From Octopus sinensis (taxonomy: Eukaryota), in NCBI RefSeq assembly GCF_006345805.1, contig NC_042997.1, forward strand, positions 182,094,001 to 182,158,000: 64,000 nt of DNA, written 5' to 3'. Of the stretch, positions 49,201 through 63,569 are shown piece after piece. How positions within the stretch are numbered: the stretch's first letter is position 1; the number at the start of each line of letters is the position of its first letter. The position numbers were made by a program, and so were the translations under genes. Below the pieces are notes generated by a model. The model saw nothing but the letters and a program-made list of their open reading frames with translations, did not search any database and had not been told where the DNA came from.

Positions 49201-52189
49201 CTGTTATTTCAGTAAAAAATAAACTAAAATAAAAATCACAGTAGATGTAAGAAATCTGTTTATCTAAATGTTTGCATTCCACTGCAAAATAGTGTTGCTT
49301 ACTGACCAACTTGCATTATCTTTTGTGATATGTATATATATGTGTGTTTGTGTGTGTGATTATATATATTTGTGTGTATATATATATGTGTGTGTGTGTT
49401 GATCAACTACCATCAGTAATCATTCTCACAATTTTCACCCAATCATTTTCTAGTTTTATTATTCCTGTTATTATTAAAAGGTGGTGGATGGCAGAATTAG
49501 TTGATGGTTTGCCTTACTTTTACTGTAATCTACCTGTGTGTATGTATGTGTGAGTCAAGTCAATTTTGTACCTTGGCATAACATTTTTAATACTGTAGCT
49601 GCTTTTAAATTCTAAAAATGTTTAGACTGCTAATTCAACAAGAGCATCAGTTACAAGCCTCATTAGCTTTCTAATTTGTATGTATTGTGTGTGGTTTTTA
49701 GGTATATTTCAAAATAGAGCTTGAAAAATGCTGTGTTTGCAGAACTCTTTCAAACATAACATAATGTGGAGAAAACAGACATTAACTAAGTAGTAATATT
49801 ATATGAAATTACTTCAGGATTACAAAAACAGAAAATACCTGATTTAGACAAGAAATTTTAACAGATTTGAGTTTTGTAAATTTTTCAAGAGATGAAATGT
49901 TGGTAAATTATCCCTCATTTAATTAATCATCCACCTAGCTCAAAATATAAATTTTTTAATGAGGTGATGATGTATTCTTAGTATATGTTCAATTGTGCTG
50001 TTATTGATGGAAGTGGATGGCAGAATCAGTAGGACACTAGACAAAAAGTCTTGCAGTATTTAGTTACATTCTGAAATAAAGTCCTATCAAACTCAACTAT
50101 GTCTTGCGTCTTTCTAAGCTTAATAAAATAAAAATAAGTATTGTCAAGTATTGATATACTATTTAATCAAAATTTAAAGCCCTGTGCCAATGTTAGAAAT
50201 CAATGATTGAAGGTTGTGGAGTGTCAAGCAAAATGACTTAAAGTGTTCCTTTACATTCTGAGTTCAAATCCTGCTGATGTCAACTTTGGCTTTGATCATT
50301 TTATCAGTCAGTTATAGTTTAATCAACTGTTCTGCCACCAAAAAGGACAAAAATATGTGGCTTTGTGCGTATATGAAAATTTCATTGTTTTTCTTTCCTT
50401 CTTTTGATTTAACTTAATAATTTGATTATTCTTCTATTTTTGTCATTTTTTTTTTCTTACTGTAATTCATTTTAAAAATGAAAGTAGAAATTGTTGTCTT
50501 GGAAAAAGGGGAAGTAATAAACAAATTCTGTAATCAAATTCTTTATAATTACTTCTACTGTTGACTGGCAAATTACATAATTTGTTTTTATTATCACAAA
50601 TAAAATGCTGATTAACAAACCTGATATATACAAATTTTCTATCTGAATAGGTTATCATAAATTTAAACAATGACATTAACAGCTAGAGATAGTCTGACAA
50701 GTTTATCAAAGAATATATCAAGGAGCAGTATGATAAACCGAGTATGTGCAATCAATAGATTCTATTGAATTGTTGTAAAGTTCATAGATTCACTGTTGGA
50801 CTTGGCAAAGTATTAATACTGTGTTTCTAAATATATTGATTGGTTTCGCCAACTCTGTTTTCAAATAATGTGTTTGTGTTAATGAAACTGTCCAGTTCCA
50901 CATTAAAAAGGAATAAGTTTTCGTTAATTTACAGTATGCTTTTTATTTAAATCCAACGGTAAAAATAATCTTGTCCATCATATGGTATGTCCTTTTTAAT
51001 GCCTTAGTAGCATGGAGAGATTTCATATTCAATATGATGTTTGGTTTCATGCAACACAACAAATTCAGATAAGGCCTGGCATTTCATAAATTTTCATAAG
51101 CACCTTGAAAAATATATTTTTAATTTTTCATTAAATTTGTATAAACTATGATGATGAAGGCTATTAATATTGGAAATCAATTGAGTATCTTATATTGCTT
51201 TCTAACTTGTTCATTTAAAAATATTTTTTTATGTATTGTTTGCAGTTTAATACAGTTCAACAACTTGATATAATAAAATATGATATGATAAAAATTTTCT
51301 TCTGACTAAAGATAGTTTCCACACTGCTAGCCCTTAGGTGAGATAATCAACATGAGTTTTCTGTATTAACAACAATGACACTGATTTGGTTTAGCCTTAA
51401 GCTATAATTGTTAACATTCAAGGTCTGTAATCTAATCACAAGGCATCATGTTGAATGTAATTATTTGTATTCTTCCTGTATTGGAAATTACTACCTAAAC
51501 ACTGCAGATGTATCTAACTTTTAATTTCATCTCTGTTGCTATTGTTGAACAGGGTGTATGTTTATTTAGAAAAGAAAATGTAATTATACATTCATATGTC
51601 TTTTCATAATCACAAAACGTATTCTTTTCTGAGAAGCATTCAAAAGAGAAGACAAAACAAATTTTACACAGAAATAAGTTACTCTTTTGATATCAAAGTA
51701 AAATTATTAGCTGAATCTAACAGATTATCTTCAGAACTATTTCCTTGATACGATATTCCTAAATAGTTTAGATATGTTATTATTGATAACCTATCCTTGG
51801 ATTATTCATTATATTGACTGATAATGTCCAACCTCTGTGTACTTTTCTGTATATCTATCATTCATCATACTGGCATTGGTTTCACATATATATGTGTGTG
51901 TGTACATATATATTTGCATGTGTATGTAGGTGTGTATATATATATATATATGTGTGTGTGTATTTGTATATATGTGTGTGTGTACCAGTATATGTGTATA
52001 CATGTGTGTGCATATGCCTTATCTTCAATCCTCAACTTCTGGTGGTGCCATATAGGAGTGGTTGTAATATATGGTTTACTTTGGGCATTCTTTGATCTGG
52101 AGGAACCCATCGTCTCCAAGTCAAACAATAGCCATTTTCTTCCAGAAAGAGAAACAGGCAGTCAGAAAAAAAATGGAAAAGAAAAAGAA

Positions 52190-52310
52190 TCAGCACCAGT
52201 ATAGTAGTATGCCATTGACCCTGAAATGGTGAAAGGCATAGTTGACCTTGGCAGTATTTGAACTCAGCACACACAGAGGCAGAATGATCACTTCAAAGCA
52301 ATTTAACAAC
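52190..52310 (-). mobile_element. CpG-decayed family-A SINE
   Basis: 52215-52254 aligns to 30887-30926 with all five CpG sites converted to TpG or CpA. Confidence 0.75.
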
Positions 52311-52337
52311 TCATTCAATTCACTGCTGCATGCACAT

Positions 52338-52369
<32 letters not shown>

Positions 52370-53577
52370 TTATATTTCGATGTATGATCATCCACTTCTA
52401 TTTACTGGAAGGTTTACTCATTGAATTAGCATGCAAAATGGCTGAGTATTCCACAGACACTGCTCTTCATGTAATTCTCAAGTAAAGTCATTGTCACAGT
52501 ATCATTAGACTGAACTTTCAAATAGCAGGTACAGTCCATCCAACAATCTTCTATGCAGTTACCTCTCTACCAAAGTTCACTCACAAGGTTTGTGTCAACC
52601 CAATGGTAAAGGCACTAGGCCAACTTAAACACAGTGGGATTGAACTTGGAACCCCATTGTTGCCACTGAGTTGTATGTTGAATAAGTATTTTTACCAAAG
52701 TCTCTGGTTGACCTAAACTTTGTGAGTGAAATTGGGTTGATAGAAACTGTAGAACCACATGGAATGGACCATACCTATACTTCTAAGGTCCAACCTTATC
52801 CTGCTAATTTTATTTGAAAATTACAATCGATACATGCATATAAAGTATTCAGCTGTTTTATATGTTCAGTCAATCAATCACCTGGAAAATCATGCAACAA
52901 AATTTACAGGTGTGTCCATATGTGTATGTATATATAACTATATGCATTTATGTATGTGTGTGTGCATATGAGTTTATTATATGCTCCTGCTTTGATTCAC
53001 AGTAATGTAATGCATTTACTTGTGCCATCAAAACAGAGTACATTGATGTATATACCACTAAAGTAACACATTAGAATCTGAAACTGATTTCTGGAAGTAG
53101 TGGACATAGAGCAATGATTTGATACTTATTCCTCTAGGACCATTTAGTGTTCATAAAAGTATAAAAGGAATATATCCAGCAGAAATTAGGAGAATCAGAT
53201 CTTTATCAAATTTCTTTATTTGTTGTATGATTATTCTCTAGAAATTAGATAAAGTTACTTTAGATTGTTGGCTTAACAACTCATATCTGGTAATATTTTT
53301 TAGCATTATAGTAAGATTAAGTTAAATTCCAACAATTTTTTATGTAATTCATTAATTAACCTTCCATCACAAGACTTGACAAAAATGATGCATTATAAGC
53401 CAGATTCTCATACTGAAGTTTCATACCATTGAATTATTACAATTGAACCCTGATTTTTACTAGTGATACCATAGAACAAATGTATAATATTATCTTTTAA
53501 ACTTAAGCATCATCAGTAGGAATAATTAGCATTAAGATTGCCCTGTAATAGAGTGAGATTTGAGTGTTGTTTTTACA

Positions 53578-54010
53578 TCATCATCATCATCGTTTAATGT
53601 CTGCTTTCCATGCTGGCATGGGTTGGACAGTTTGACTGAGGACTGGCGGGCAAGCCAGATGGCTGCACCAGGCACCAATCTGATCTGGCAGAGTTTCTAC
53701 AGCTGAATGCCCTTCCTAACACCAACTATTCTGAGAGTGTAGTGGGTGCTTTTACATGCCACCAGCACAAGGGCCAGTCAGATGGTACTGGTGACGGCCA
53801 TGCTCAAATGGTGTTTTTTATGTGCCACCTGCACAGGAGCCAGTCCAGCAGCACTAGCAACAACCTCGCTCAAATGTTGTTTACTATGTGCCACCGGCAC
53901 AAGTGCCAGTAATGTGATGCTGGTAATGATCATGCTAGAATGGTGCTTTTTATGTGCCTCTGGCACAGGAGCCAGTCAGCAGCCCTGGCAACGATCGTGC
54001 TCAGATGGTG
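53578..54010 (-). mobile_element. RTE-tail-type SINE/LINE 3' end, family C, (GAT)n tail, CpG-decayed
   Basis: catcatcatcgtttaatgtctgctttccatgctggcatggg..., the same family as 62668 and 63570. Confidence 0.8.
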
Positions 54011-55439
54011 CTTGTGCTTGGTTATTTAAAGAAAAAGAATTCGTAACATTAGAAATGAAATGATATGCATATGATACTATTAGTGCAGATATAGCTTTGT
54101 GGTTAAGATCACTTCCCAACCATGTAATTGTGGGTTCAATTCTACTGTGTGGCACTTTGGGTGAATGTTTCACATCATAGCTCCAGGCTGACAAAAGCCT
54201 TGTTAGGGGATTTGGTCGAGGGAAACTGAAAGAAGCTTATTGTGTGTATGTGTGTTGCTTTATCTTGAGACAGCACATTGGTTGTAAATAAATTCAACCA
54301 TCATACAAGCAGTGTCATTTGTTTGCTATCTCCTATAAAATCATGTCCAGCCATTGTGTTGTTCATATTGAAAGGACTATGAGAAATATTACTTTACTCA
54401 GAAACAGGTGAAGACTGGCAACAAAGCAGCCATCCAGACAGAAAATCTGTCTCAACAAATTTTGTCTAATCTGTGCAAACATGGAAAAGTGAATATTGAG
54501 ATAATAATAATAATAATAATAATGATGATGATTATTTGAAAAATGTACTAAATTTGAAGAAATTAATCAAATAATTAAGATAATCTCATAAAATATATTC
54601 AAGGGTACAATTGACAAAAGGTGTATTTATATCTTAGTTTTATTTACTGTTAAGAAATATGCCAAGGACAATCACTGATTATGCACAAGTGTATGAAAAT
54701 CAATTCAGATCTTCAAAACAATGCTGTTTGAAAGAAAATGTGCCTGATTGGCTTTCTCACAATTGTAGGGTCACTCATTACTTGGAGAAAACACCAGAAT
54801 GCTATAATTATTGCTCAATTAAAATATGATATAGCTTCATTATTTGTGCCTATATCAAAATCATACCTTTACAGCTCAGATTGTCGTAATGTTAAAAGAT
54901 ATCAGAAAATGTGATTCCTTTTTTGAGTCAAAAATGAATATTTTAAATGCTGCAGATATGGAAAATACTAGTCAACAGATCATGCTGACAATCAAGTGCA
55001 TGTTTAAATTTTGAAACCTATGAATATCTTAATAAGTCTACACATCTTGTCATATATATGAATTAAGTATGTGTGTGTACAGAGATATGCATAGATATGT
55101 ATAAATGCATGTGTTTATATACATACATATACCCATGTATATGCATGTTTATGTTTATACACACGCACACACATACAATCATCATTTTAAAGTCTGTTTT
55201 TCCAGGCTTGCATGAATCAGGCAAAATTTGTTGAGGCAAGTTTTCAATGGTTGACTGTCCTTCCTGTCACCAACCCACACCTATTTCCAAGTAAGGTCAT
55301 GTTCCCTTTCAGTTGGAAATAGATGACAGTGCTTGTATAACTGTGGCACTTGCTTACAACCATTATGTTATGCCAAGACGTGGAATCACAAATTTACATG
55401 TGTACATGCACACACACACACACACACAACACAATCAGA

Positions 55440-56000
55440 TTCAACTATCAAGTATGAATCAGAAAGTGTTATAGGGAATACCCTCAGCTTAGAGTTAATG
55501 GATGTGGGTGACCAGGTAGGTAGATCATTTCCTTATAATATTTGAGAAATGAACTCAGATGTGCAAGAAACAGCACTTAAATTTGATTGTTGCACTAATG
55601 TAGATACTAGCAGAGTGAGTTCATGTAGTAGTAACGCTACATTTAAAAACAACATAATAGTATAAGCAGTTGTCCCTCAAAGGGCAATTAATAGGTACTC
55701 TGAAATTACACATCTTTTTATGATGGGTTATGGGTGGTACATTATGAGCTTCAAAGTCCATATATTTAGCATGATTGTTAGTTCTATGATTAGAATTATG
55801 AGTATTAGCATAATCTTTATTAGGATGAAAATAGTTGGCATGGTTAGAATAATACATATCATAATTATTGTTATTAGTCATACCCAAATTTTTATAGCTG
55901 GCATTAATGGTATTCATGCCACTATCATTAATAGTAGTTTTAATCACAGTATAGATGTTGTTAAAGTTAATAGTAGGCTTTACATCCTCCATTATTTTTG
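55440..56000 (-). mobile_element. Decayed Penelope-like element (linker and GIY-YIG)
   Basis: KKMCNFRVPINCPLRDNCL...VVFKCSVT, then SIYISAT and AEGIPYN, similar to the 10.9-11.2 kb copy. Confidence 0.75.
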
Positions 56001-56580
56001 AACATTCAGTTATGACTCCATTAGAGGTGTTATGCCCAGTGAAATAGTGGTGATCTATAGTTGCTAAAAAAATAGTTATTGGGAGTTAATGTTGTTATTG
56101 TAATGCTATGGGAGTGATATTTGCACATCATCAGAGATGTCATGGCAGGAATTAACAGGGCCTTTTTGTTGAGATTTGATCTTATATGAATTCAAAGCTG
56201 TGATGATGGATCCCGGGTTAGTTGTGGTGGAATAGGAGAGTTTATAATGGATTCATTAAAAATGGAGTGATATTTACATTGGTGTGGTGAGTTGGATTTG
56301 AGTATGTTGAAGAGTTTAGAGGGAGATTAAACTAGTGCTACAATATCACTAGACCTCATAACATAATGAATGTGAATATGGCACCTATCATTGCTTATCT
56401 GAAACAGCTGTAAAGATAAGACTTGATTACACCTTTCATGTATTTGTATATGCAGCATTCCATGTAGATACACTTCTTTTGCCTACTTTTGTTTATTTGT
56501 CTTTTCTGCTTATATGTGTGTCATCATATAACATCCACCTTCCATGCTAGCATGAGTGTATGTGTGTGTATATACATGTA

Positions 56581-56619
<39 letters not shown>

Positions 56620-56698
56620 ATAAATATTAGGGAATAAATCCAAATTTACAGGGGAAAAAAATCAGATTTAGGATTAAATCGATTTTATAGTAAAATCT

Positions 56699-56822
56699 TA
56701 TAAAATATTATTCGAGACAAAACCACTATTTTGCAAAACAAACAAGGAAAGACTTAATCATGATTAAGTCTTTCCTTGTTTGTTTTGCAAAATAGTGGTT
56801 TTGTCTCGAATAATATTTTATA
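56699..56822. repeat. Perfect 124-bp palindrome with no spacer
   Basis: 56699-56760 is the exact reverse complement of 56761-56822; the centre is AATCA|TGATT. Confidence 0.97.
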
Positions 56823-57429
56823 TATATATATATATATATGTACATGTGTATGGGTAGATACATAGAAAGAACAGACAATAAAAAGCTGATCAAAAGATTG
56901 ACTAAATGCAAAATATGTAAATGATGTTGGTATATAAGGTGTATATTGAAGGATAGTCATTAAAAAAATGTTTTAATGGGGACAAATGTGTATATAACAT
57001 ATATAATGATGATGATATATATATATATATATATATATATCACCAGAAAATTGCACAGAAAAATGTACATTATTTGTGAGTGGATTTGGTCGATGGAAAC
57101 TAAAAGAAGCTTGTCATATATGTGTATCTGTGTGTGTCTTTGTGTTTTATCTTTGTCCTACCACCACTGCTTGACAACTGGTGCTGCTGTGTTTGTTTCC
57201 ATAACTTGGCAGTTCAGTTAAAGAGACAAGGACTGGGGTCAATTATTTCAACTAAAAATCCTTCAAGGCAGTGCCCCAACATGGCTACAGTCTAATGACT
57301 GAAACAAGTAAAAGATAATAGATATATATATATACATGATATGTAGATATGTACATATAGATTTGTGTGTGTGTGTATACACACATAGATTGATAGAAAG
57401 ATAGATGTATGTAAATAAATATACACACA

Positions 57430-57830
57430 TACATGATGTTTGTTGCTGTGTTCTGATTGTTACTGTTAACCAAGATCTTACTATTTTCTGGGCTGACCTC
57501 TATCCCATATATTCCTGATACTTTTTCCAGTTTGGTGATGAGCTCCTGGAGTTTTGCTTCATTGCTCCCTAACAGCAAAGTCCAAGTAGGAGATGGGTTG
57601 TCTTCCAATGGAGGCACAGAGTCTTGGAATGTCTCCTGCATGATGTTCCCCAGGAAGATGTTGACATCCATGTCAAACACCCACTGTGGTCCTGAAGAAT
57701 TCTCCAATGTTGTTCAGAAGAACTGCACTGCTTGAGCTTTCACACATTGCTCCGATTACTTTGACGAGGTTGCTGTCAAAGATGTAATTCTTCATCACCT
57801 GCAACAACCCATCATACTAAATATGATCAA
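57430..57830 (-). mobile_element. RTE-clade RT fragment
   Basis: VNIFLGNIMQETFQD...LLLGSNEAKLQELITKLEKVSGIYGIEVSPENSKILVN. Confidence 0.75.
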
Positions 57831-59079
57831 ATGACTTTTTAAAGTCAAAGTTGTGACAGAAGTCAGATTAGTGCTGCAGATGTTTTTCAGTGAGCAGTCT
57901 GATGTTAAATATCTACTCCACAGTACTCTTTTTGGGGCCCTAATCCAGCCTGTTCTACAAGGATTTCTTCTGCCTTCCTCTTAAGTCTGTTTAGCAGAAC
58001 TCTTGACAATACTTAGATTGGGTGACTACTTAAGCTGGCTTTCCTATATTTGAACAACAGGAATATATTAAATTACATGTAATATGAATTCCTTACATAA
58101 TGTAATAATGCCTACTTCTAGTGAGCATCGACCTAATGCTTGGTGGCAATTTGTGCCAACACTAAATGAGGCTATATATGTGCTTTACTTGTTTTTGTAT
58201 ATATGAATGTGTTACATATGCTATGGTTAAGGTGGACAATTGCTGTGCTGCTGATGTCTTACAAGGCAGAACATGTCTTGAGCTGTCCTTTGCAGAACAT
58301 GTCTTGAGCTGTCCTTTTCACACAATCAGACTGTTATTTAAAAGCATATCAGTTTTGGAGGATCTTAAGATTACCTCCCCTTCTCACTCAGAGTTGTTAA
58401 CAATTGACACTAAATTATTAGTCAACCATCTCTGAAAACAGTGACAGTTGCAATAAATCAAAAATTCACCTTGTATATTATTTAATATACAGTTTATTCA
58501 TCTTCATTATATACAAACATGTATGTGTGTATGTATATATGTGTGTATATATATATATATGTATGTATGTATTTATGTACATGCATGTGTGTGTGAATGT
58601 ATATATGTTATGTCTCTATATGTTACAATGTGTGCATGTATGTATCTGTTATCTATGTATGGTAAGCTACTACTACAATCAGTCACACCATCAATTATAG
58701 TTAGGTTATAACTGGTGACATTCATTGATTTTTCTTTTAATCATCCACTAATTCTGAACTTCCAAATTCCCCAGGAATAAAAATGAAAACTTCTTACTTA
58801 CGAAGTAAGGGCTGATAGTAGGAAGAACCTCTGATTCTAAATACTCTCCCTCAATTTTTTCCTGTTTAAATAAAAACAATATCTAAAATACATATAAACA
58901 AAAATATTGGTATGTATAAACACTCACACATATATAAAAAAAAGTGTGTATTAACAAAATATGTTTATATTTAATTGTGTGTGTGTGTGCATGTAAATAT
59001 ATAGTGCTTGTGTATATAAACTGTTCTTTACGGATATGAAATATATACCTTAAATGTTCCACTTAAATTGTTGCAAGTC

Positions 59080-59700
59080 AACATCTTTGGCAAGATATGA
59101 GCAGACAGGATATTCCAAAAGGCTGATATGCTGAGGAGGGAGGACTGGGCAATTTTAGTATGTATATAAAAGGAGAAAGATGGAAATACAAGTGAGTTGG
59201 TGGTCACTGAGTGGAGGGGCTACAAAACAAGTTAGCACCAGGCTATAATAGTAATATGAGAAAAAAACAGAGAGGGGATAGAGCGGGTCTGCAGCTAGGA
59301 GTGTGCCCATTACTACTTGAATGCCAATTAATTAAGTAGTCCTTCTCTGGATGCAGTCCAGTATGTTTGTGCATATAACACCAGCACCATCCCAAATGTG
59401 GATGCAAACTCCCTTTTGTGCCTCACTTGAACCTTCTAGTGTCAGCAGTTGTTGGGCGATGAAATATCTTACTCTGAAGAGAGGGACGCAATTCTAGATA
59501 TGTTAAGAGAGTGCTTTTACCAGGACAGTGATAATGGTAATGAAGTCCTGCAGTTTGAGGGCTGTAATTGAGTGCTGCACATTAACAGTGTCTTGGTGGA
59601 AATTTTGGTGAATCATGGAAATTTTGTAGAGCAACAAAATTACTTTTGCCAAAACGTTGTTGAGATAGGGTTTTCTTTTGAGTTTTTTGCTGTTTAAGGT
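59080..59700 (-). mobile_element. Decayed CR1/L2-clade LINE C-terminus
   Basis: QVRHKRGVCIHIWDGAG...LDCIQRR resembles VRPxLEYCSHIW...LDRIQRR. Downstream is a WNxLP-like region. Confidence 0.6.
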
Positions 59701-59855
59701 CCCTGTTTATAGAATCAAAGCAGGTTTAGCATGGGATGTGTTGGTTGCATGTGAATGATGCATGGTTAACAAGGAATGAAGGGATGTCATCTGCACTGGA
59801 GTGAGATTTACTCAGTGTGGTTGGCAAATAGCTCATTGATGTATAGAAAGAAGAA

Positions 59856-59890
<35 letters not shown>

Positions 59891-60309
59891 ATGTATATAT
59901 ACACACACACGTGTGTGTTTGTGTGTACACACACAGTGAACTTCTTTCAGTTTCTTTCTCTCTATTTCCCTTGCAAGGAATTGGTTAACCTCCTGAGTTG
60001 CCTTGCAAAACCACACTCCTAATTACATGGCTATACCTGCACCTATATGTATGTATGTTGTTAAGAAATTCACTTTATAATCACATGATTTCATATTCAT
60101 CCCACTATACAATACCTTGGGAAAGTGTCTTCTACTATAGCCCTAAGCTAACCAAAGCTTTTGTGAGTGAATTTGATAAATGGAAACTAAAAGACATCCA
60201 CTACATTTGTGTGTGTTCTTGTCTTGATGTTGTGCAACAATTGTAAACAGAAGCACATTCCATTATAACAAAGCACTAACAAATAATGGCTTTACCAATA
60301 AGTTAATGT

Positions 60310-60790
60310 TTATGGCAGATCCTCCACCACTGAACCCCAAGAGAATTACAGAAAAGTAATCTGGTTTAATCCACCATGCAGTCTATAAGTTTCCACTAAA
60401 TAACTAGGAGCTACCTGGTGCTAATTAAAAAGCATTTCCCAAGAAGCAGTAGATATCATAAACTCTTTAAAGATTACTTTCAGCATTGTGACATCCACCC
60501 TATCCTCTAACATGTAACTATCAAAGTCCTACCAACTGCCTTTTGGGAAGATCATACCTCCTAAAGTATGTGCTTGGATGGCATTCCAAGACACTACATA
60601 TGAATGACTTTAAAGGAAAATACAATTCAGGTGTAGGAATAGGAGAAACTCCTCTTTGCTGTCACTCCCCATCATAGCATAAAGCATCTTTGATAGGGCT
60701 CCTTCCTTACTCACTAGGCGCTCATAATTGCCAAGTCTTGCCTCCATTTGAAACTCCACTGGCTTACAGTGTTCATCAGTAAAAGAAAAT
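60310..60790 (+). mobile_element. Decayed Penelope-like fragment
   Basis: RKVIWFNPP and IKKHFPRSSRYHKLF are characteristic of the PLE RT/EN linker. Confidence 0.7.
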
Positions 60791-62667
60791 AATTTATCTT
60801 ATTGTTTCCACAACATGCCCTGTTAATGAACACTTTTGTGTTTGTCTTTCACTTAATGTTGTCGGTTTGTTTACATTCCTGTAACTAAGCAATTTGGCAA
60901 ATGTGATTGGTAGAATAAATATCAGGCTTGAATATACTGAGTTCAATTTGATTGATTAAGCCTGCCAAGGCAGTGCCCCAGCATGGCTGCAGTCCATTGA
61001 CAAAACAGTAAAATAGTGTACATATATAATGCATGTATATGTGTATATTTATGTCTCTGTGTATATATGTATATATACACATACATACTTGTGTACATAC
61101 ATGTGTGTGTGTATATATATATATTTTGCTTAGGCAGTGTGATACTAATAACCTAGTGTATAATTCAGTATACATATACTTCTAAATAAAATATTTAGTC
61201 AAGTACAGAGCAGTAATAAGAAAAATAGATGACATATGATAAACATTAGCTTCATTAGAGCTATAAGGTGTTACTCAAGTACTCAACTATGAGTCTACCT
61301 CATCCTATAGCAGAAACTGCTGTAAGCTAATACAGCTCATATGATTATCGTTTATTCCTCTGTCATATATTCTTCTTATATCTGTGTGTGCATGTGTGTA
61401 CATACTCATACACAAACACACACTAGGAATGCTCAAGTAATTTGTGTTTAATGAGGAACAGAAAAAAATAAATAAATGCCAGTTAAATTTAATTGAATAT
61501 TATTTATGAATAATATAATTATTATGTAATTATTATCAATGACTCCAGTCTATCAGAATGGTAAATTTTTGGTTCTTCATTTAAAAATTTCCCGCCCTGA
61601 AGATCTTACCTTTGCAGAGGTCTCATGCTGAAGAATAACATCTTTTCTGCTAACCAAAGTTGGCCACTTTCACTATAAGGCTTCATTTACACAGTGAAGT
61701 TGCTAACAATATATGTCTGCAGTAATGGTCATTTCTTGTTTCAGTACCTCACAGTGGACTACACCATTCATGTTCTGCCAGACACATAGCTAGGACTTAT
61801 GTGGATGAAGTCTGAATTTGGTCTTGGTACCAGTTTCTCATTTGTTAATACCCACTTTTTTTCTTGTTGACAAGCTGTATCCATTTTTTGTCAGCCTGTA
61901 ACAATGCGGTGCAAAAATCAGTGATCGTTATCCCTAGTAAAGTGACTACTGGAGAAGGTGATAGAACAATGAATTTGGTTCTCAAGTGAGAACTCATAAA
62001 GAAGACAAAACTAGTTTGCCTGTTTGTGTGTCTGCACCAATTCTCCTTTGACAAGGTTCTGATTCAACTGTTGTTTTCAAATGATCATAATCCAAAGACT
62101 TATTGGAGAGATCAAAATCACCTTGTAAAACCACAGCTGATTTACAAGCCTTCACTACATCAGGATAGACTCCACAATTGTTTTTATCCTTTAACCCTGC
62201 TGTTGGATAGAAGAGATGATAAACTGGATCTAGATATTTTCTACAGTTTGAATGAAATCATTCCTTAGTTGGTAGATTATAATTCATAACAATGAAATAC
62301 AAAATTACATTCCAAACACTTCAATATATGTTGTGTGTGTATGTATATATGTGTATGTGTATATAAATATGTATGTTTATTTATATGTATACATTACTGG
62401 ATAAAGTAAGTGAATTAAACATATTTTTGTAAATGTGGCATGTAGAATATATTGAAATTTAAATAGGTTACTTGCTCTAAACAATGCAGTACTTCCTCCT
62501 CTGGCTTAAGGCCAATATCTTAGGTAAGACTGAAGAGATTAAAATTATATATATACACACACATACATATATATACATATATATATATACACACACACAC
62601 ACACATACATACGTGCATATATATATATATATATATATAGACATACACACACACATGTATACATACA

Positions 62668-62882
62668 TCATCATCATCGTTTAACGTCCGTTTTCCGCGC
62701 TAGCACGGGTTGGACGGTTTCGACCGGGGTCTGGGGAGCTAGGGACTGCCCCAGGCTCCAGTCTAGTCTGGCAGTGTTTCTACAGCTGGATGCCCTTCCT
62801 AACGCCAACCACTCCGCGAGTGTAGTGGGTGTTTTTTACGTGCCACCTGCACAGGTGCCAGAGGGGTCTGGCATCGGCCACA
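62668..62882 (-). mobile_element. Young family-C element retaining its CpGs
   Basis: cgtttaacgtccgttttccgcgctagcacgggttggacgg, versus the TG/CA forms at 53590. Confidence 0.85.
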
Positions 62883-63011
62883 TGCATATATATAGAGACA
62901 TACACACACATAAACATGCACACATATATACATATATACAAGCACATATACATTCATACATATATATATAGGGCAGGTAAATATATGTATACATATATAT
63001 ACGCACAGATT

Positions 63012-63200
63012 CACCATGATAGATCGCTAGCCACTACACATTCTTTATTTTCTCTCCTTCTTTCTTCCTGCGTTCCTTTCTGTGGAAGAGCATAGGCTCG
63101 AAATGTTAAAGACTTTTTCACTTCCTGAGCGTTAAACTAATACATCTGTTTGTTGTCTACACCATCTGTCTTCGTCTTTTGTTTTTTTGTGAATTCCATA
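63012..63200 (+). mobile_element. Short microsatellite-associated element with decayed hammerhead-like motif (63076-63111)
   Basis: CUUU-CUGUGGA-A-GAGC(AUAG)GCUC-GAAAUGUU-AAAG. Same family as 39331-39510. Confidence 0.6.
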
Positions 63201-63569
63201 TATATTCGCACATCCACACACACACATATATAATGGATGATACTTTGTTTTTATTTTATCTCATAAAATGTTTAAAACATTTAGAATGTTAAGAAGTGTA
63301 ATTTTAATTTATTTTAAATGAGGAATTCTCTTGTAATGTTTAAATCAAAATAACTGCAACTTTGGTAGGTAGATTGTATGTGTGCCCCTATTGGATATAG
63401 CTTCAAAGGAAAAGAAATTCAGTTTATGTGGATATTAACTATCAAATTGCTATTCTTTGCACAACATATTCTGAAATTCACAACTTTATGGGGATGAAAA
63501 TCTTTATTTTGCTGCTTGCCATATATATGTCACACACGCGCACGTTCATTTAATATATATATATATATC

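Noticed and set aside
51246-51338. Candidate exon between TTTGCAG and TAG|GTGAGA
   Set aside because: Immediate in-frame stop after exon 1 and AT-rich non-coding composition; likely chance splice-like sites.
55621-55992. 123-aa Asn/His-rich ORF as a host gene
   Set aside because: It ends in the Penelope CNxR..CPL..CL motif and continues into a broken GIY-YIG, so it is a TE remnant.
60741-60785. Minus-strand CUGAUGA-A-CACUG(UAAGC)CAGUG hairpin as a hammerhead
   Set aside because: It is followed by GAGUU rather than GAAAC, has no stem III or triplet, and is antisense to the local PLE coding remnant.
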